From the NCBI GenBank assembly GCA_024137785.1, contig JAHRHZ010000109.1:477659-541658 (forward strand): DNA of 64,000 nucleotides. Reading direction: 5' to 3'. The translations under genes were made by a program, and so were the position numbers. Positions 24,421 through 36,344 of this stretch are shown here, in pieces. Below the pieces are notes generated by a model that worked only from the letters and a program-made list of their open reading frames with translations, was not told where the DNA came from and did not search any database. Numbering within the stretch: position 1 is the stretch's first letter; every line of letters begins with the position of its first letter. The stretch is from Ginglymostoma cirratum. Taxonomy: Eukaryota.

Positions 24421-27000
24421 GGGAGAGAGGGAAGAGCGAGCGAGCAACAGGGATGGAGGGAGGGAGTGAAGTGAGGGAGGGAAGGAGGGAGTGACAAGGG
24501 AGGAGGAGAGATAGGGTGGGAGGGAGAGAGCGAGCGAAAGAGAGGGACAAGTTGCAGGGAGAGATAGAGGGAGAGGGAGGGAGTGAGGGACAGGGAGGGA
24601 GGGAATAACAGGGAGCAACAGGGAGGGAGTGAGCCACAGGGAGGAAGAGGGCCAGCAGCAGGGAGGGAGGATGCAAGCGACAGGGATGGAGGGACGGAGG
24701 GACAAGGAGAAAGGGAGCGAAGAGAGAGAGGGAGGGAGCGAGCGACAGGGATGGAGAGAGGGAGAGGGAACGAGGGACGGGGAGGGAGGGAGGGAGCAAA
24801 TAGAGGGAGGGAGGGAGTGAGCGACAGGGACAGACAGAGGGAGAGGGGATGTGTTACCGGGAGGGACCAAGGGACGGCGAGGCAGCGAGGGATGGGTAGA
24901 GAGTGAGGGAGCATGGGAGTGAGAGAAGTGGTGGGAGCGAGCAAGGGACTGAGGGAAGTGGAGGGAGTGAGAGACGGGTACTGAGGGAGTGATTGACAGG
25001 GAGGGAGAGATGGACAGGGAGGGAGTGAGGGATGGTGTGCGACTGAGGGCCGGGGAGGAAGTGAATGAGCGAGGGACGGAGCAAGGGAAGGGGAGAGAGG
25101 GATGAGGAGGGAGCAAGGGACGGGGAAGGAGGGTTGGGGAGGGAGCGAGTGACGGGGAAAGAGGGACAGGGAGCGAGGGAGAGGGAGCGAGGGAGAGGGA
25201 GGGGGAGGGACAGGGACTGGGACAGAAAGGGAGGGAGCGAGGGACAGTGACAGGGAGTAAGGGACAGGGAAGGAGGGACAGAGAGGGAGCCAGGGAGTGG
25301 GACGGGGTGGGGAGGGAGCAACAGGGTTGGAGGGAGAGACCGAGCAACAGGGAGGGAGGGAGAGAGCAACAGGAAGGGAGGGAGAGAGCGAGCGACAGGG
25401 ATGGAGGGAGCTACAGGGAGGGATGGATGGACAGGGAGGGAGTGAGCGACAGGGAGGAAGGGAGGGAGTAAGCGACAGGGAGGGAGGGAATAAGAGGGAA
25501 CGACAGGGAGGGAGGTAGTGACGGGGTGGGAGGGAGCTACAGGAAGGGAGGGAAAAACAGGGAGGGAGGGAAAAACAGGTAGGGAGCGACAGGGAGGGAG
25601 GGAGGGAGCAAGCGACAGGGAGGGAAACAGCCAGCAACAGGGACGGAGGGACCAAGCGACAGGGAGGGAGGAAAGGAGTGAGCAACCGGAAGGGAGCGAC
25701 AGGGAGGAAGCGACGAGGGGGGAGGGACAGGGAGGGAGGGACGGAGCGAGCAACAGGGAGGGAGGGAGAAAGCAACAGGGAGGGCGGGAGGAAACTAGTG
25801 ACTGGGAGGGACCGAAAATCAGGGAGGGGGGAAAGGATCGAGCGAGCGACAGGGAGGGATGGAGAAAGTGAAGTGAGGGAGGGAGGGAGCGAGTCACAGG
25901 GAGGGAGGGAGCGACACGGACGGAGAGGGGGAGTGAGCGACAGGGAGGGAGCAACAAGTAAGGAGGGAGGGAGCGATCAACTGGGAGGGAGAGAGCCAGG
26001 AACAGGGAGGGAGGGAGCAAGCTACAGAGAGGGAGGGAGGGAGCGAGCAACTGGGAGGGAGGGAGCAAACTACAGGGAGGGAGCGACAGGTAGGTATGGA
26101 GGGAGTGAAGTGAGGGAGGGAGGGAGTGATCAAATGGGAGGGAGAGAGCCAGGAACAGGGAGGGAGGGGGCAAGCTACAGGGAGGGAGGGAGGGAGCGAG
26201 CAACTGGGAGCGAGGGAGCAAGCGACAGGGAGGGAGAGGGGTCGCGAGTAACAAGGAGGGAAAGAGCCAGCAACAGGGAGAGAGGGAGCAAGTGACAGGG
26301 AGGGAGGAAGAGAGGGAGCAAGCGTCTGGGAGGGATGGAAAATCAGGGAGGGGTGGAGGGAGCTAGTGAGCGACAGGGAGGGAGGGAGGGACCGAAGAGT
26401 GGGAGGGAGGGATCGGGCGATTGGGAGGAAGGGAGGGAGTGACAGGGAGGGAGTGAGCGAGAGGGAGGGAGAGAGGAAGAGCGATAGGGGCAGGGGCTGG
26501 GGTATAGGGGGACGGGGGCAGGAAGCCAGACGGTTACAGAGATATGTGAGGGACTCGAAGGGAGAGAGGAGAGCAAGGAAGAGAGGGCAGAGAGAAAGAG
26601 AAAGTGGGTCAGAGATAGAAAGGTAGATACATGGAAACAGGGGCAGAGTGAGAGGTGTGAGCGAGGGGGCAGGACAGAGACAAAGGGTACAGAGGGGGAT
26701 GGCGGGAGAGATAGAGAGGGGGAGGTGGATGGAGAGAGGGAAAGAGTGTGATAGGGGATTAGGGAGAGGTGGGGTCAGAGGGAAAAATACAGAGTGGGAG
26801 ATGGGGTTGACACAAGCAGAGGGTGAAAGAGACAGGATGCAGGGAGAGAGGGAGAGAGTGGGTTGGAAAGGGTGGGTGTAAAGAGAGAAGGAAGGGAATG
26901 GAGAGAGTGACGGGGAGGACAGAGAAATGTGGGTCAGAGAGGGAGAAAGCGAGCGAGGAGGGACAGGAGAGAGACAAAAAGACAGCGATATGCCAGAGGT
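24420..27000. repeat. GA-rich low-complexity/minisatellite tract
   Basis: About 2.6 kb of degenerate gagcgacagggagggagg-type units with extreme purine strand bias. Confidence 0.95.
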
Positions 27001-27294
27001 GAACGCACGCACAGAGTGACTTAAACCCAACTCCTGAGCTCAGTCCCAACATCCTCCCATTCCCTTGGGGCTGAGTCTGTCTCTCTCCAGCTTAGCTTCT
27101 TCAACACAAAGACAAACAACAATATACTTTACTGTGCTGCTTGGCACTTTTTAATGAACATTAATTACATGTTGAAGTTATGGATGCAGTCAGTGGAATG
27201 GTGCCTGTTCTCTGTGGCCTGTGAGTTGAAAGAAACATTGACATGTTTCCCTGTAATCCCCTGTGGGATAAGGTTGGACAAACCAGCACTACCC

Positions 27295-28277
27295 TCAGCC
27301 TGTTGCCGTAGCAACAGGCTGCTTCATTTCTGAAACAATTGATATGAAATAAAATCCTGGATGGATTGATTCATGAGTGAATTTGATTAATTGATGAATT
27401 TGGGTAAAGGGATATTTCAGCATATTCTCCAGCTGCTGTCTGAACTTAGCCTGGGTCACGGCATAAATCGTGGTGTTTGTGGAGGAACTGAGGAGCTGCA
27501 GCATGAAGCCCATTTCCTGCACAAACCAATCTAGACGTACAGACTTATACCCAATCCACCACATCCGGTACCTTATAGAATACACCATTAACGCTGACCA
27601 GAACAGGATGAAATTGACCGAGATCACAAATAGTGAAATGATGGTTTTTTTTCGATTTCTTATTTGTGTGTCACATTGAGCGTCCCCATTGGTGTGAGCC
27701 CGGAGTCTCCTACAGGCTCTGCTGGTCACTAAAATGTGTCTGACGGTGAAAGCATTGATCAGCAGAATCAGGAGAACTGGGAGAGCCGGGGTGAGAGTGT
27801 GGTGGAGGAACTCGATTGTGACCCAGACACGGGATCTTTGAACATCGCCTATTCCACCACAAAACCAGGGGGCGTTCGCAAGCTGATAGCGAGCTGTGAG
27901 CATCAAATACCAGAAAATGTTCTTTAAACAGCTCAGCACAGTTACTGTTCCCAGAACCACAGCCGCCGATTTATCACCGCAATATTTACTTTTCGGCTTC
28001 TGGCAACAAATGGCCACAAATCGATGAAAGGTGAAAGTGACGGTGAACCAGACAGAACAGTCAGTGGCTGCATAAAGCAGGACGGCGTGGATATTACACA
28101 CGGGGATGGTCTCCAGGAAATCAAACTGTTCCGGGTAAACAATGGGAATGTGTCTCAATATCAGGTCGAGGATAATGACCAGTAGATCCGCCACTGCCAT
28201 GGCCCCCAGGTAACGTCTGACACATGGAGACAATCCACAATCTTTATAAAGCAGGATATAGATTGTCACTACGTTAA
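27295..28277 (-). CDS. GPR139/GPR142-like class A GPCR, exon 2 (end of TM1 to C-terminus), intact
   Basis: Open frame of 327 codons after the acceptor ttcaccacAG at 28279-28278. Motifs LGAMAVADLLVII, ATDCSVWFTVTFTFHRFVAICC, FILFWS and NTTIYAVTQAKFRQQL. Seven hydrophobic segments when joined to exon 1. Confidence 0.92.
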
Positions 28278-29089
28278 CTGTGGTGAAGGAAAACAAATAA
28301 ATTATACATCAGCCTGAAGGCAAAGTTACCAGTTTGATTGAGGACCCAGTGACATTTTCAAACGTATCACTGATTTATTGGGGAAAAAATGAAGCTGAAA
28401 TAACAAATAGTAATGTCTCAGTTTCTTTTTACAAAAAACGCAACATAAAATACAAGTAACTTTCCCTCCTGAAAGACACAAACGCACCACCATAAGAACA
28501 GATGGTTTATAAAATATTCCCACAGACTTGCTCACTCGAGAGCAGGCACAGTTCACTTATTTGCAGTTCCTGATACAGAAGGTAAAGACGTTGCAGTCCT
28601 GAAGGAATCTCTCCCAGTTCCTTGAAGACAAACGGAGGTTGGAAATTTCTGTCTTTTCGTCTAAATTGTTGTCAATTTTCGGTTGTGAAGAAACATGAAC
28701 ACAGGGAAATTGTATTCACCCGTTTAACTGCCTGAGGGGACATTGAAACAGTGTCTCCTTCTCCCTGGAACGGGATCTTTTCCCTCGGGATGTAATCTTT
28801 TGTTCAATTAACTGACGTCCGGCCGTTCACAAATAATGCCAGTTACAGAATGTACCGGGGAATGTCGGCTAGAGAATGTGATGGAGTCATAAAGATCCAC
28901 ATCACGAAGGCCCTTCTCTTTATCAGTTTTGGTGAGATCCACTCAGCCTCGCAGTGGATATCTCTCCCCAAACTCACACAACTGGCAAATACAAATTCAA
29001 GGCATTGCCAGATCAGCTGAAGTGGTCAGTTATCTCACATTCTCAATCCACCTCACAGAACCAGCCCAGACACCACAAATCCAAATGAA

Positions 29090-29445
29090 ATGTCTGTTCA
29101 GCATGGATCACTGTGCAGGCCAGGCCAGTGTCCTGCTCAATACAACCTGGCCGTCCGTCCAGAGTGGGACACAGTGCAGGTCTCACCAGACAAATCGATC
29201 TCAGTCCAGCACAGGGAGCTGCGCAGGCCACACCAGTGCCTTGATCTATTAACGCGGACTAGATGTCTGTCCAGTGTGGAGAGCTGTGCAGACCACACGA
29301 GCGCACTGATTCATAAACCCAGGCCAAGAATCTCTCCAGCACAGAGGGCTGTGAAGTGAAAACCACTGAACTGATCTGTAAACCAGGATCAGTTACCCTC
29401 CCAGTATGTAGATCTGTGCAGAACACCTCAGTGCAGTGCTCGGTA
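29090..29445. repeat. Degenerate tandem repeat of about 65 bp (about 6 copies)
   Basis: Recurrent core tccagYRYRgRgRgctgtgcagRcca at about 29097, 29158, 29205, 29270, 29336 and 29400. Confidence 0.6.
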
Positions 29446-29984
29446 ACACTGTGTTAAATCGCTGCCCAGCCTGGGGAAACTTGCAGCCCATACTGGAAGT
29501 GACAGGATGTTTCGGCTCCCATTCACTTACAGCTCCATATCTCCAATGTGCCATGACAAAGGGTGCCATGGGTGTGAAAATCACTGCCAGAGAGAGATGG
29601 TGGAGCATCAGTTCAAACACGAACAAATGGGATGGGTTGGATATATAGACAGAGAGGGCGAGATTGAGAGACAGTGTCATGGAACGATGCGTTCACAAGT
29701 TTTAGAATGCTGACATGTAAACATTTTGATAGCATCCTGCAACATGGGTTAGTTTTTTCACGAATGATGCATGAATCGGATATTGTTGTGAGTTCAGATG
29801 ATGGGGAGTTTTGAATGAACATTTGTTCTGCGTTTGTGACTGAGAGTGTGGTGAGCACAGTCTTTGGCTCATTGGGCTGAATCTAACAATAATTTGTCTC
29901 AATGTCATTTTAATTGATTGCGACAGAAGGATAGTCTGCAGGTTGCCGAGCTAGTTTTCTGATGCTATCTTATCAAAGTCCCCT

Positions 29985-30457
29985 CATTATCCACCTACCC
30001 GACAACATGTCATTTCTCTCATTCAATGCCAGTCTGACTCTCCCACCCATCATGGCTGGTAATAGTTCCCATCGCCTGGATGGCCCGGGTATTCCATGAT
30101 CCCTGGCGCAGGTGCCATCTTTAAAAGGCCAATGGGCACAAATTTGAACTTTCTCAGTTCGGAGCCGGCCTGCACGGTTTACCCTGAGCCTGACAGACAA
30201 CGGGTAATTGCACCAAGATTTATCGAAAGGGACACGGAGGTCCTGGTGGGTGGGCTAGTACAAAAGATGACCATTCTATTAGCAGAGAAAACCACACCAC
30301 CAGACCCGCCGAGCATGGCCTGAGCTCACCATCCAGCTCAGTGCAGTATCTGCAGTTTGAAGAACTGTCCAGCAACGCAAGACAAGCAACAATAACTTCC
30401 CCGTTCTGTCATGGTAAGTATCACCGAATTCTCAATGCCCCCTCACTCTCTCTCTCA

Positions 30458-30488
<31 letters not shown>

Positions 30489-30800
30489 GCCACCGCTACT
30501 GCCTTACACTGAAAACACTGCATGTATCCAACACTTTTGACTGATTCAATCCAGATACCTCACCGCTTCCCCCTCACCTACACCATCACTAACAGCAGGG
30601 CCACGCACATTCACCTTCATTCCCTTCCTCCCTTTCCCTCATTCCAGGAGAAACAGCCTGGAATAGGACAGAAAGGGCCAAGCAAGGCGGTGGTATTCCC
30701 CACATCAGTTCCCTCACCCACCTTCCTCCGCCGAGTGGGTAGGACCATGGAACGAGCTGGAGAGAACCAGGACGACCCGTGTGGAGATTCCAAAATACAC
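29985..30800 (+). mobile_element. Harbinger-associated Myb/SANT-like gene remnant with intron
   Basis: APRFIERDTEVLV at about 30209, donor ggtaagt at about 30412, and an exon-2-like cagGAGAAA encoding (EK)TAWNRTERAKQGGGIPHISSLT at about 30646. This matches the Myb_DNA-bind_5 layout of vertebrate Harbingers. Confidence 0.65.
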
Positions 30801-31519
30801 AAGTCCCACCTACCGAGTAAGGAGCAATGTTCAGTGTAGGGTAATTCTCATGTTAAACCCACTGTCATTTCCATTTCCACCTGGCACAGCTTAGAAACTG
30901 TGTCTCTGATGCCATCTCCCTTTCATCTCGAGCCGGTACAAACGGAATCTCCACAGTCTCGTTAGGCAGGAGGGTGGGCTCTCAACCCATGGTCTCCACC
31001 AGCTCCCAGGAAGGGAGCATGGAGTCTCCCTCCTCCACCTCCTCCTTCAGACAGCTCAGCTACTGAAACTAACCTGTAATATTTCCTCGTCTCCCAACTT
31101 GTCCTTACATCTTCAATAATACAGCATTGAAATTGTCATAGAGTCACAATCCCCATGGAACAACTGAACTACTGTCACACTCACAGGAGCGAGCAAATAC
31201 TGATGTACTCGCATGGAGTGACTCAAATAATGAAACATTGTCCACGGAATAACAGAAATCCTGACACACACCAGATGGAATGAATGAAATATTGACAAAC
31301 CACAGAGGCAGAGAAATTCTCATAGGCTCCCTTTATTTGTATTAGTATTGGTTTATTTGTGTGTGTATTTGTGTGTGTCTGTGTGGGGCAGCTCTGAAAG
31401 TGTCTGTGCTGTTTGATGTGATGCAATGCCACCTTCTGCTGGTCACGCCACTGTTCAGGCAGCAGCAGAGGATGAGAACCATCAGGGATTTATTCAGGGA
31501 GGGACTGGAAGGGCAGCAG

Positions 31520-32235
31520 CTCACAAAACCATCCAAACTGATTTCTTCTTCATGTACTTATCTAAATGTCTTTTAAACGTTGTAAATGTACCCACTTCCA
31601 CCATTTCATCTGGAAGTTCATTATTTACACGAACGACTCTCTGTAAAATAATTGCCGCTCATGTCTTTTTTTTTAAATGGTTGCTCCTCAAAAGTTGAAA
31701 TATTCCCGTCGTCTTGAAATCCTCTACCCTTAGAAAAAGGTCCATAACATTCAAGTTATCTGTACCCCTCATGATTTATAAACCACAATCAGGTCACCCC
31801 TCAACCTCCTACGCACAACAGAGAAAAGTCCCAGCCTATCCAGCCTTTCCTTTTAACTCAAACCATCCTTTCCCAGCGACATCCTGGTAAATCTCTGTTG
31901 ATCCGTGTCCAGAGTAATATTATCCTTCCTATGACAGTGCGACCAGATCTGGACACAATGCTCCGGAAGATGTCTCACCAACGTCCTGTACGATCTGAAA
32001 ATGACATTCCAACTCCTAAATTCAAAGGTGTGAGCAATGAAGGCAGTGTACTGAACACCTTCTTCGTATGTGTCCATATGTCCAACACCCTGTCCATATG
32101 TGACACAGACTTCATAGAACGACAGTATAGTCTCTGTTCTGCAACGCTACTAACGGTCCTAATTTAAATTGTATAAGTCCTGCCTTGTTTGTTTTACCAA
32201 AAGCAATGTCTTGCATTTATGCAAATTAAACACAA
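31520..32235 (-). mobile_element. CR1 LINE 3' fragment
   Basis: YRTLVRHLPEHCVQIWS...QQRFTRM (ORF 31853-32077). Confidence 0.85.
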
Positions 32236-32893
32236 TCTGACACACCACAGCCAAATGAGTGATATTCCCACCCCCCAACACAACCCTAAAACATGTTTTG
32301 TAAGACACTCCCAACTCCAGAAGGCCTACAAGCTCTGGCCTTTATTTTCCCAAGACCCTGCGCTTGGTTTGCCTTGTGCGGGCAGGAGGAAGGGTGGGGT
32401 GTATATTGCAGACTCGCCAGTGGTGAGGAGACGCTGGAATATAATTTGTTGCTTTGCAGCATTTAATGATTTTAGGAGGACGGCAATAACACATTCTTGA
32501 CGGGAAATAGTGATCTGCAATACGGTCTTTTGGGGCCGAAACCTGTGCTCTTTTGTCGTCTCTGGTGTTCAGTAATAATATCTATTCGTGAATCTTCATA
32601 GCGCAGAGTATGTCTGCATGCATTCTTTCCCTAACGTTGCAGTCTGCAGATAATAGCAATTTAAGCTGCAAATCATGGCCAAGCAATTAAAGATGTTAAT
32701 AGTTTATCTCAAGTGGCACAGCACATGCACTCAACATTCTGTAATTGAGACAAGTAACTTGCATTTGTTCAATGCTGAAAAATCTTCCCTGTGTAATTCA
32801 GTAAAGTAAACAGAATTTGATAAATCCAAGATAACAAACATGGGGCTGGATGAACACAGCAGGTCAAGCAGCATCATAGGAACAGGAAAACTT

Positions 32894-32921
32894 GACGTTT
32901 CGGGCCTAGACCCTTCATCAG
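32894..32921 (-). ncRNA. Minimal type I hammerhead ribozyme core (candidate)
   Basis: CUGAUGA-a-GGG-ucuagg-CCC-GAAAC-GUC on the minus strand; duplicate at 33453-33480. Confidence 0.65.
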
Positions 32922-32943
32922 AAACTGGATTTCATCAGGATTT

Positions 32944-32971
32944 CTGATGAAGGGTATAGGCCCGAAACGTC
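32944..32971 (+). ncRNA. Minimal type I hammerhead ribozyme core (candidate)
   Basis: CUGAUGA-a-GGG-uauagg-CCC-GAAAC-GUC; duplicate at 33503-33530. Confidence 0.65.
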
Positions 32972-33020
32972 AGGTTTTCCTGCTCCTATGATGCTGCTTG
33001 ACCTGCTGTGTTCATCCAGC

Positions 33021-33420
33021 NNNNNNNNNNNNNNNNNNNNNNNNNNNNNNNNNNNNNNNNNNNNNNNNNNNNNNNNNNNNNNNNNNNNNNNNNNNNNNNN
33101 NNNNNNNNNNNNNNNNNNNNNNNNNNNNNNNNNNNNNNNNNNNNNNNNNNNNNNNNNNNNNNNNNNNNNNNNNNNNNNNNNNNNNNNNNNNNNNNNNNNN
33201 NNNNNNNNNNNNNNNNNNNNNNNNNNNNNNNNNNNNNNNNNNNNNNNNNNNNNNNNNNNNNNNNNNNNNNNNNNNNNNNNNNNNNNNNNNNNNNNNNNNN
33301 NNNNNNNNNNNNNNNNNNNNNNNNNNNNNNNNNNNNNNNNNNNNNNNNNNNNNNNNNNNNNNNNNNNNNNNNNNNNNNNNNNNNNNNNNNNNNNNNNNNN
33401 NNNNNNNNNNNNNNNNNNNN
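33021..33420. other. Assembly gap (400 N), probably artefactual
   Basis: The same 159 bp flank both sides of the gap. Confidence 0.95.
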
Positions 33421-33694
33421 GGTCAAGCAGCATCATAGGAACAGGAAAACTTGACGTTTCGGGCCTAGACCCTTCATCAGAAACTGGATTTCATCAGGAT
33501 TTCTGATGAAGGGTATAGGCCCGAAACGTCAGGTTTTCCTGCTCCTATGATGCTGCTTGACCTGCTGTGTTCATCCAGCCCCATGCTTGTTATCTCGAAT
33601 TCTCCAGCATCTGCAGTACCTTTTATCTTTCATAAATCCAAACTCAGCTGATAGCTGGCTTGCAAAATGTGTCTCAAAATCTGGCCATGACTTA

Positions 33695-33995
33695 GGTCTG
33701 TGTAATGGGTAGCGCCAATACCTCTGTGCCAGAGCTCTGTATTCAATTCCCACCCCTGAACCTATGGTAATGTCACTAGTTCTGGACCAGAAGTTCTGGA
33801 TTCAAGTCCTGCCAGTCGCAGAGGTGTGTCACAGCATGTCAGAACAGGTTGATGAGCAAACTTAGAGAGGAATAATGTTGCAGAATCAGGGACTATTGCA
33901 GTGCAGTGGTAATATCCCTACCTCTGGGCATAAAGGTCTAGATTCAAATCCCACGGAGCTGATTCATAATATGTTTGAACAAGTTGGTTGAATTT
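33695..33995 (+). repeat. Three tandem tRNA-derived SINE-head-like units
   Basis: Repeated (g)tggtaatgtc-cta-ctct...ag---...ttcaa(a/g/t)tccc units (A/B-box-like) at about 33700, 33765 and 33905. Confidence 0.5.
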
Positions 33996-34114
33996 TTTCT
34001 GGAATTGTGACATGATCGAGAAGGAAGAGGAAGGAGTTTTGAATTTCACAATTTCGGTCCGGGATAACAGAAAGCACAGTAATTCGTGTTGATTGGAATA
34101 AAATTTATACTTTT

Positions 34115-34425
34115 TATATGTTTATAAAATCATGAAGGGCATGGATAGAGTGAACAGTCAAGGTCTTTTTCTCAGAGTATGGGGAGTCAAAAGTTAGAAG
34201 GCACAGTTTTAAGGTGCGAGGGGAGAGATCAAAAGAAAAACATATGGAATGAACTGCCAGGCGAAGTGCTGGAAGCTTGTGAAAACATTTTAAAGGTATC
34301 TGGACGGGTATATGAATTGGAAGGGTCCAGAGGAATATAGGCCAAATACTGGCAAATTGGATGAGATTAATTTCGGACATCTGGTCAGCATGGACATGTT
34401 TCACCAAATGATTTATCATATCTTT
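34115..34425 (+). mobile_element. CR1 3' fragment
   Basis: tttataaaatcatgaagggcatggatagagtgaac...gggtatatgaattggaaggg, the typical CR1 3' end. Confidence 0.75.
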
Positions 34426-35479
34426 ATGATTCATTCATCCAATTGTTCAAGATCTCTTTGTAATCTAAGATACCCTTCCCTGTCTATGTTCAAATAATCT
34501 CAGTGTCCTCTGTAAACTTGCTAATCGTGCCTTCCTTAATTTTCGTGTAAATCATTTATTTAAATGACAATTAAAAGTAAATCCAGCACAGGTCCCCATG
34601 GATCACCGCTAGTCACAGGCTTCTAGTCTGACGAACAATCCTCCGTGACCACCCTGTCTCCTGAGTCCTGAGTAGAAATACACACACGCACACACATACG
34701 CATATAGAGACACAGACACAGTCAAGTCTTTAAGACAGAGATAGATAAATTTTAATTAGTAAGCAGATCAAGAGTTACGATGAGAAAACAAGAGAAATGT
34801 TTTGAGAAACATGTCAGGCATAATCGAACAGCAGAGCAGACTTAATGGGCCAAATGGCTAATTCTGGTCCAACTTCTTATGCTGTCTGGTCTGAAAGTAT
34901 CGGAAATATTTTCCCATGAGAGCAGTGATGGCTAAGTTTGATCGATTCTGAACTGAACAGAGTTGATTGGAATATGGAATAGGTTTTAGGGGATGAATGG
35001 TTTATATCTGTTCCTATTTGTTGTGGTTTTTAAAGAGGAGGTAACTTGCTATGAGGTTAACACACATCAAGGAGTCTCCCAATTAACATTGAGATAAGAA
35101 TATTTCTTTCTCTTTGATATTGTGCTGTCTGTAGTGTTCTCATCCTCAGGGAACAGTGAAGGCTGGGTTAGTGAAGATATTCAAGGCGGAGCTCAACTGA
35201 CCTTTTATGGACAAGAGAGTCCATTATTGGCAATAAACAGGAAAGGGGTGTTCAGCCATAAACAGATTAGCTTTGATCTTTCTAAATTGAGCAGCAGGCT
35301 CGAGGGTCCAAACGGCCAACTGCAGGTCCTATCCTGTGTGTTGTTCTCTCACTCCAACCCTCGAAGCTGTTACAGAGGGAAAGGAAATCCCCCTTCAAAC
35401 AGTCGTGGTTGTGACAATGAGATAGGAGATCATTCTTCCTCTCTCAGGAGTTACACAGGACTAGAATGAAGTACTCAGA

Positions 35480-35870
35480 CATAGAATCATAGAGACATAG
35501 AGATAGACGGCATGCATACAGACACTTCGGTCCAACTCGTTCACGCTGCCCAGATATCCAAAATAAATCTGGGCCCATTTGCCAGCATTTGGTTAATACC
35601 TCTCTAAACCCTTCCCAAACATATACTCATCCTGGTGCCATTTAAATTTTGTAATTGTACCGGCCTCCACCACTTCCTCTGGCAGCTCATTCCATAAACA
35701 CACCACCCTCTGTATGAAAATATTTCCCCTTAAGTCCCTTTTAAATGCTTCCCCTCTCTCCTTAAACCTATGCCTTCTAGTTTGGACTCCCCCACCCCGG
35801 GGAAAAGGCCTTGATTGTTTACACCTCTGTGCCCCTTATGACTTTGCAAACGTCTGTAAGGTCACTCATT
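35480..35870 (-). mobile_element. CR1 3' fragment
   Basis: Begins with the catagaatcatagag tail, followed by the reverse complement of the RT C-terminus (ccttaaacctatgccttctag). Confidence 0.8.
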
Positions 35871-36344
35871 AAAGAAATTTAAAAAAAAAAATTTTATTGT
35901 GTACCAATTGTGGTAATTTTTCCACACAGCACCCACAGCCAAAAATGAAATTAATCATTAAGATTATCTGTATTCGTGGTGTTGTTAAAGGGACAAATGT
36001 TAACCAGACTGATAGGAAATCGTCCCTCCTCAATACATTGCCGGGGAAAATTGAACACCTGTTTGAGAGGGCAGACCAGATTTATTGCTGCATCAGAAAG
36101 ACAACATTTTTGACCGTGCAACATTCGACTCAAGTGTTAGTCTATATTCTGTGCTTGTCTTTTAAACGCTCAAGGATCAGATGTATTGACAGCATAACCT
36201 CTCCCTGATGATCTGACAACAAATAGCCCTAATGGTATGTTGCTGAGCTCAGATACATCTCGACAACCAGCTACACATCACAGTAGAGGCCCTGCACACT
36301 TTCTAGGCCTCTGCGCAGGGACTGCTGGTTCACGAACAGAAATT

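Larger units (their letters stand above)
32830..33627. mobile_element. Inverted (back-to-back) pair of short Penelope-derived hammerhead-motif elements with TSD; duplicated across the gap
   Basis: Two arms of about 95 bp are inverted around the spacer ctggatttcatcagga. Flanking direct repeat ttt(g/c)ataaatccaa at 32816-32829 and 33628-33641. 32862-33020 is repeated at 33421-33579. Confidence 0.85.

Noticed and set aside
24348-27052. Long ORFs of 200-475 aa (Pro/Ser/Leu-rich or Arg/Glu/Gly-rich)
   Set aside because: Artefacts of the GA-rich low-complexity tract, which lacks stop codons in several frames.
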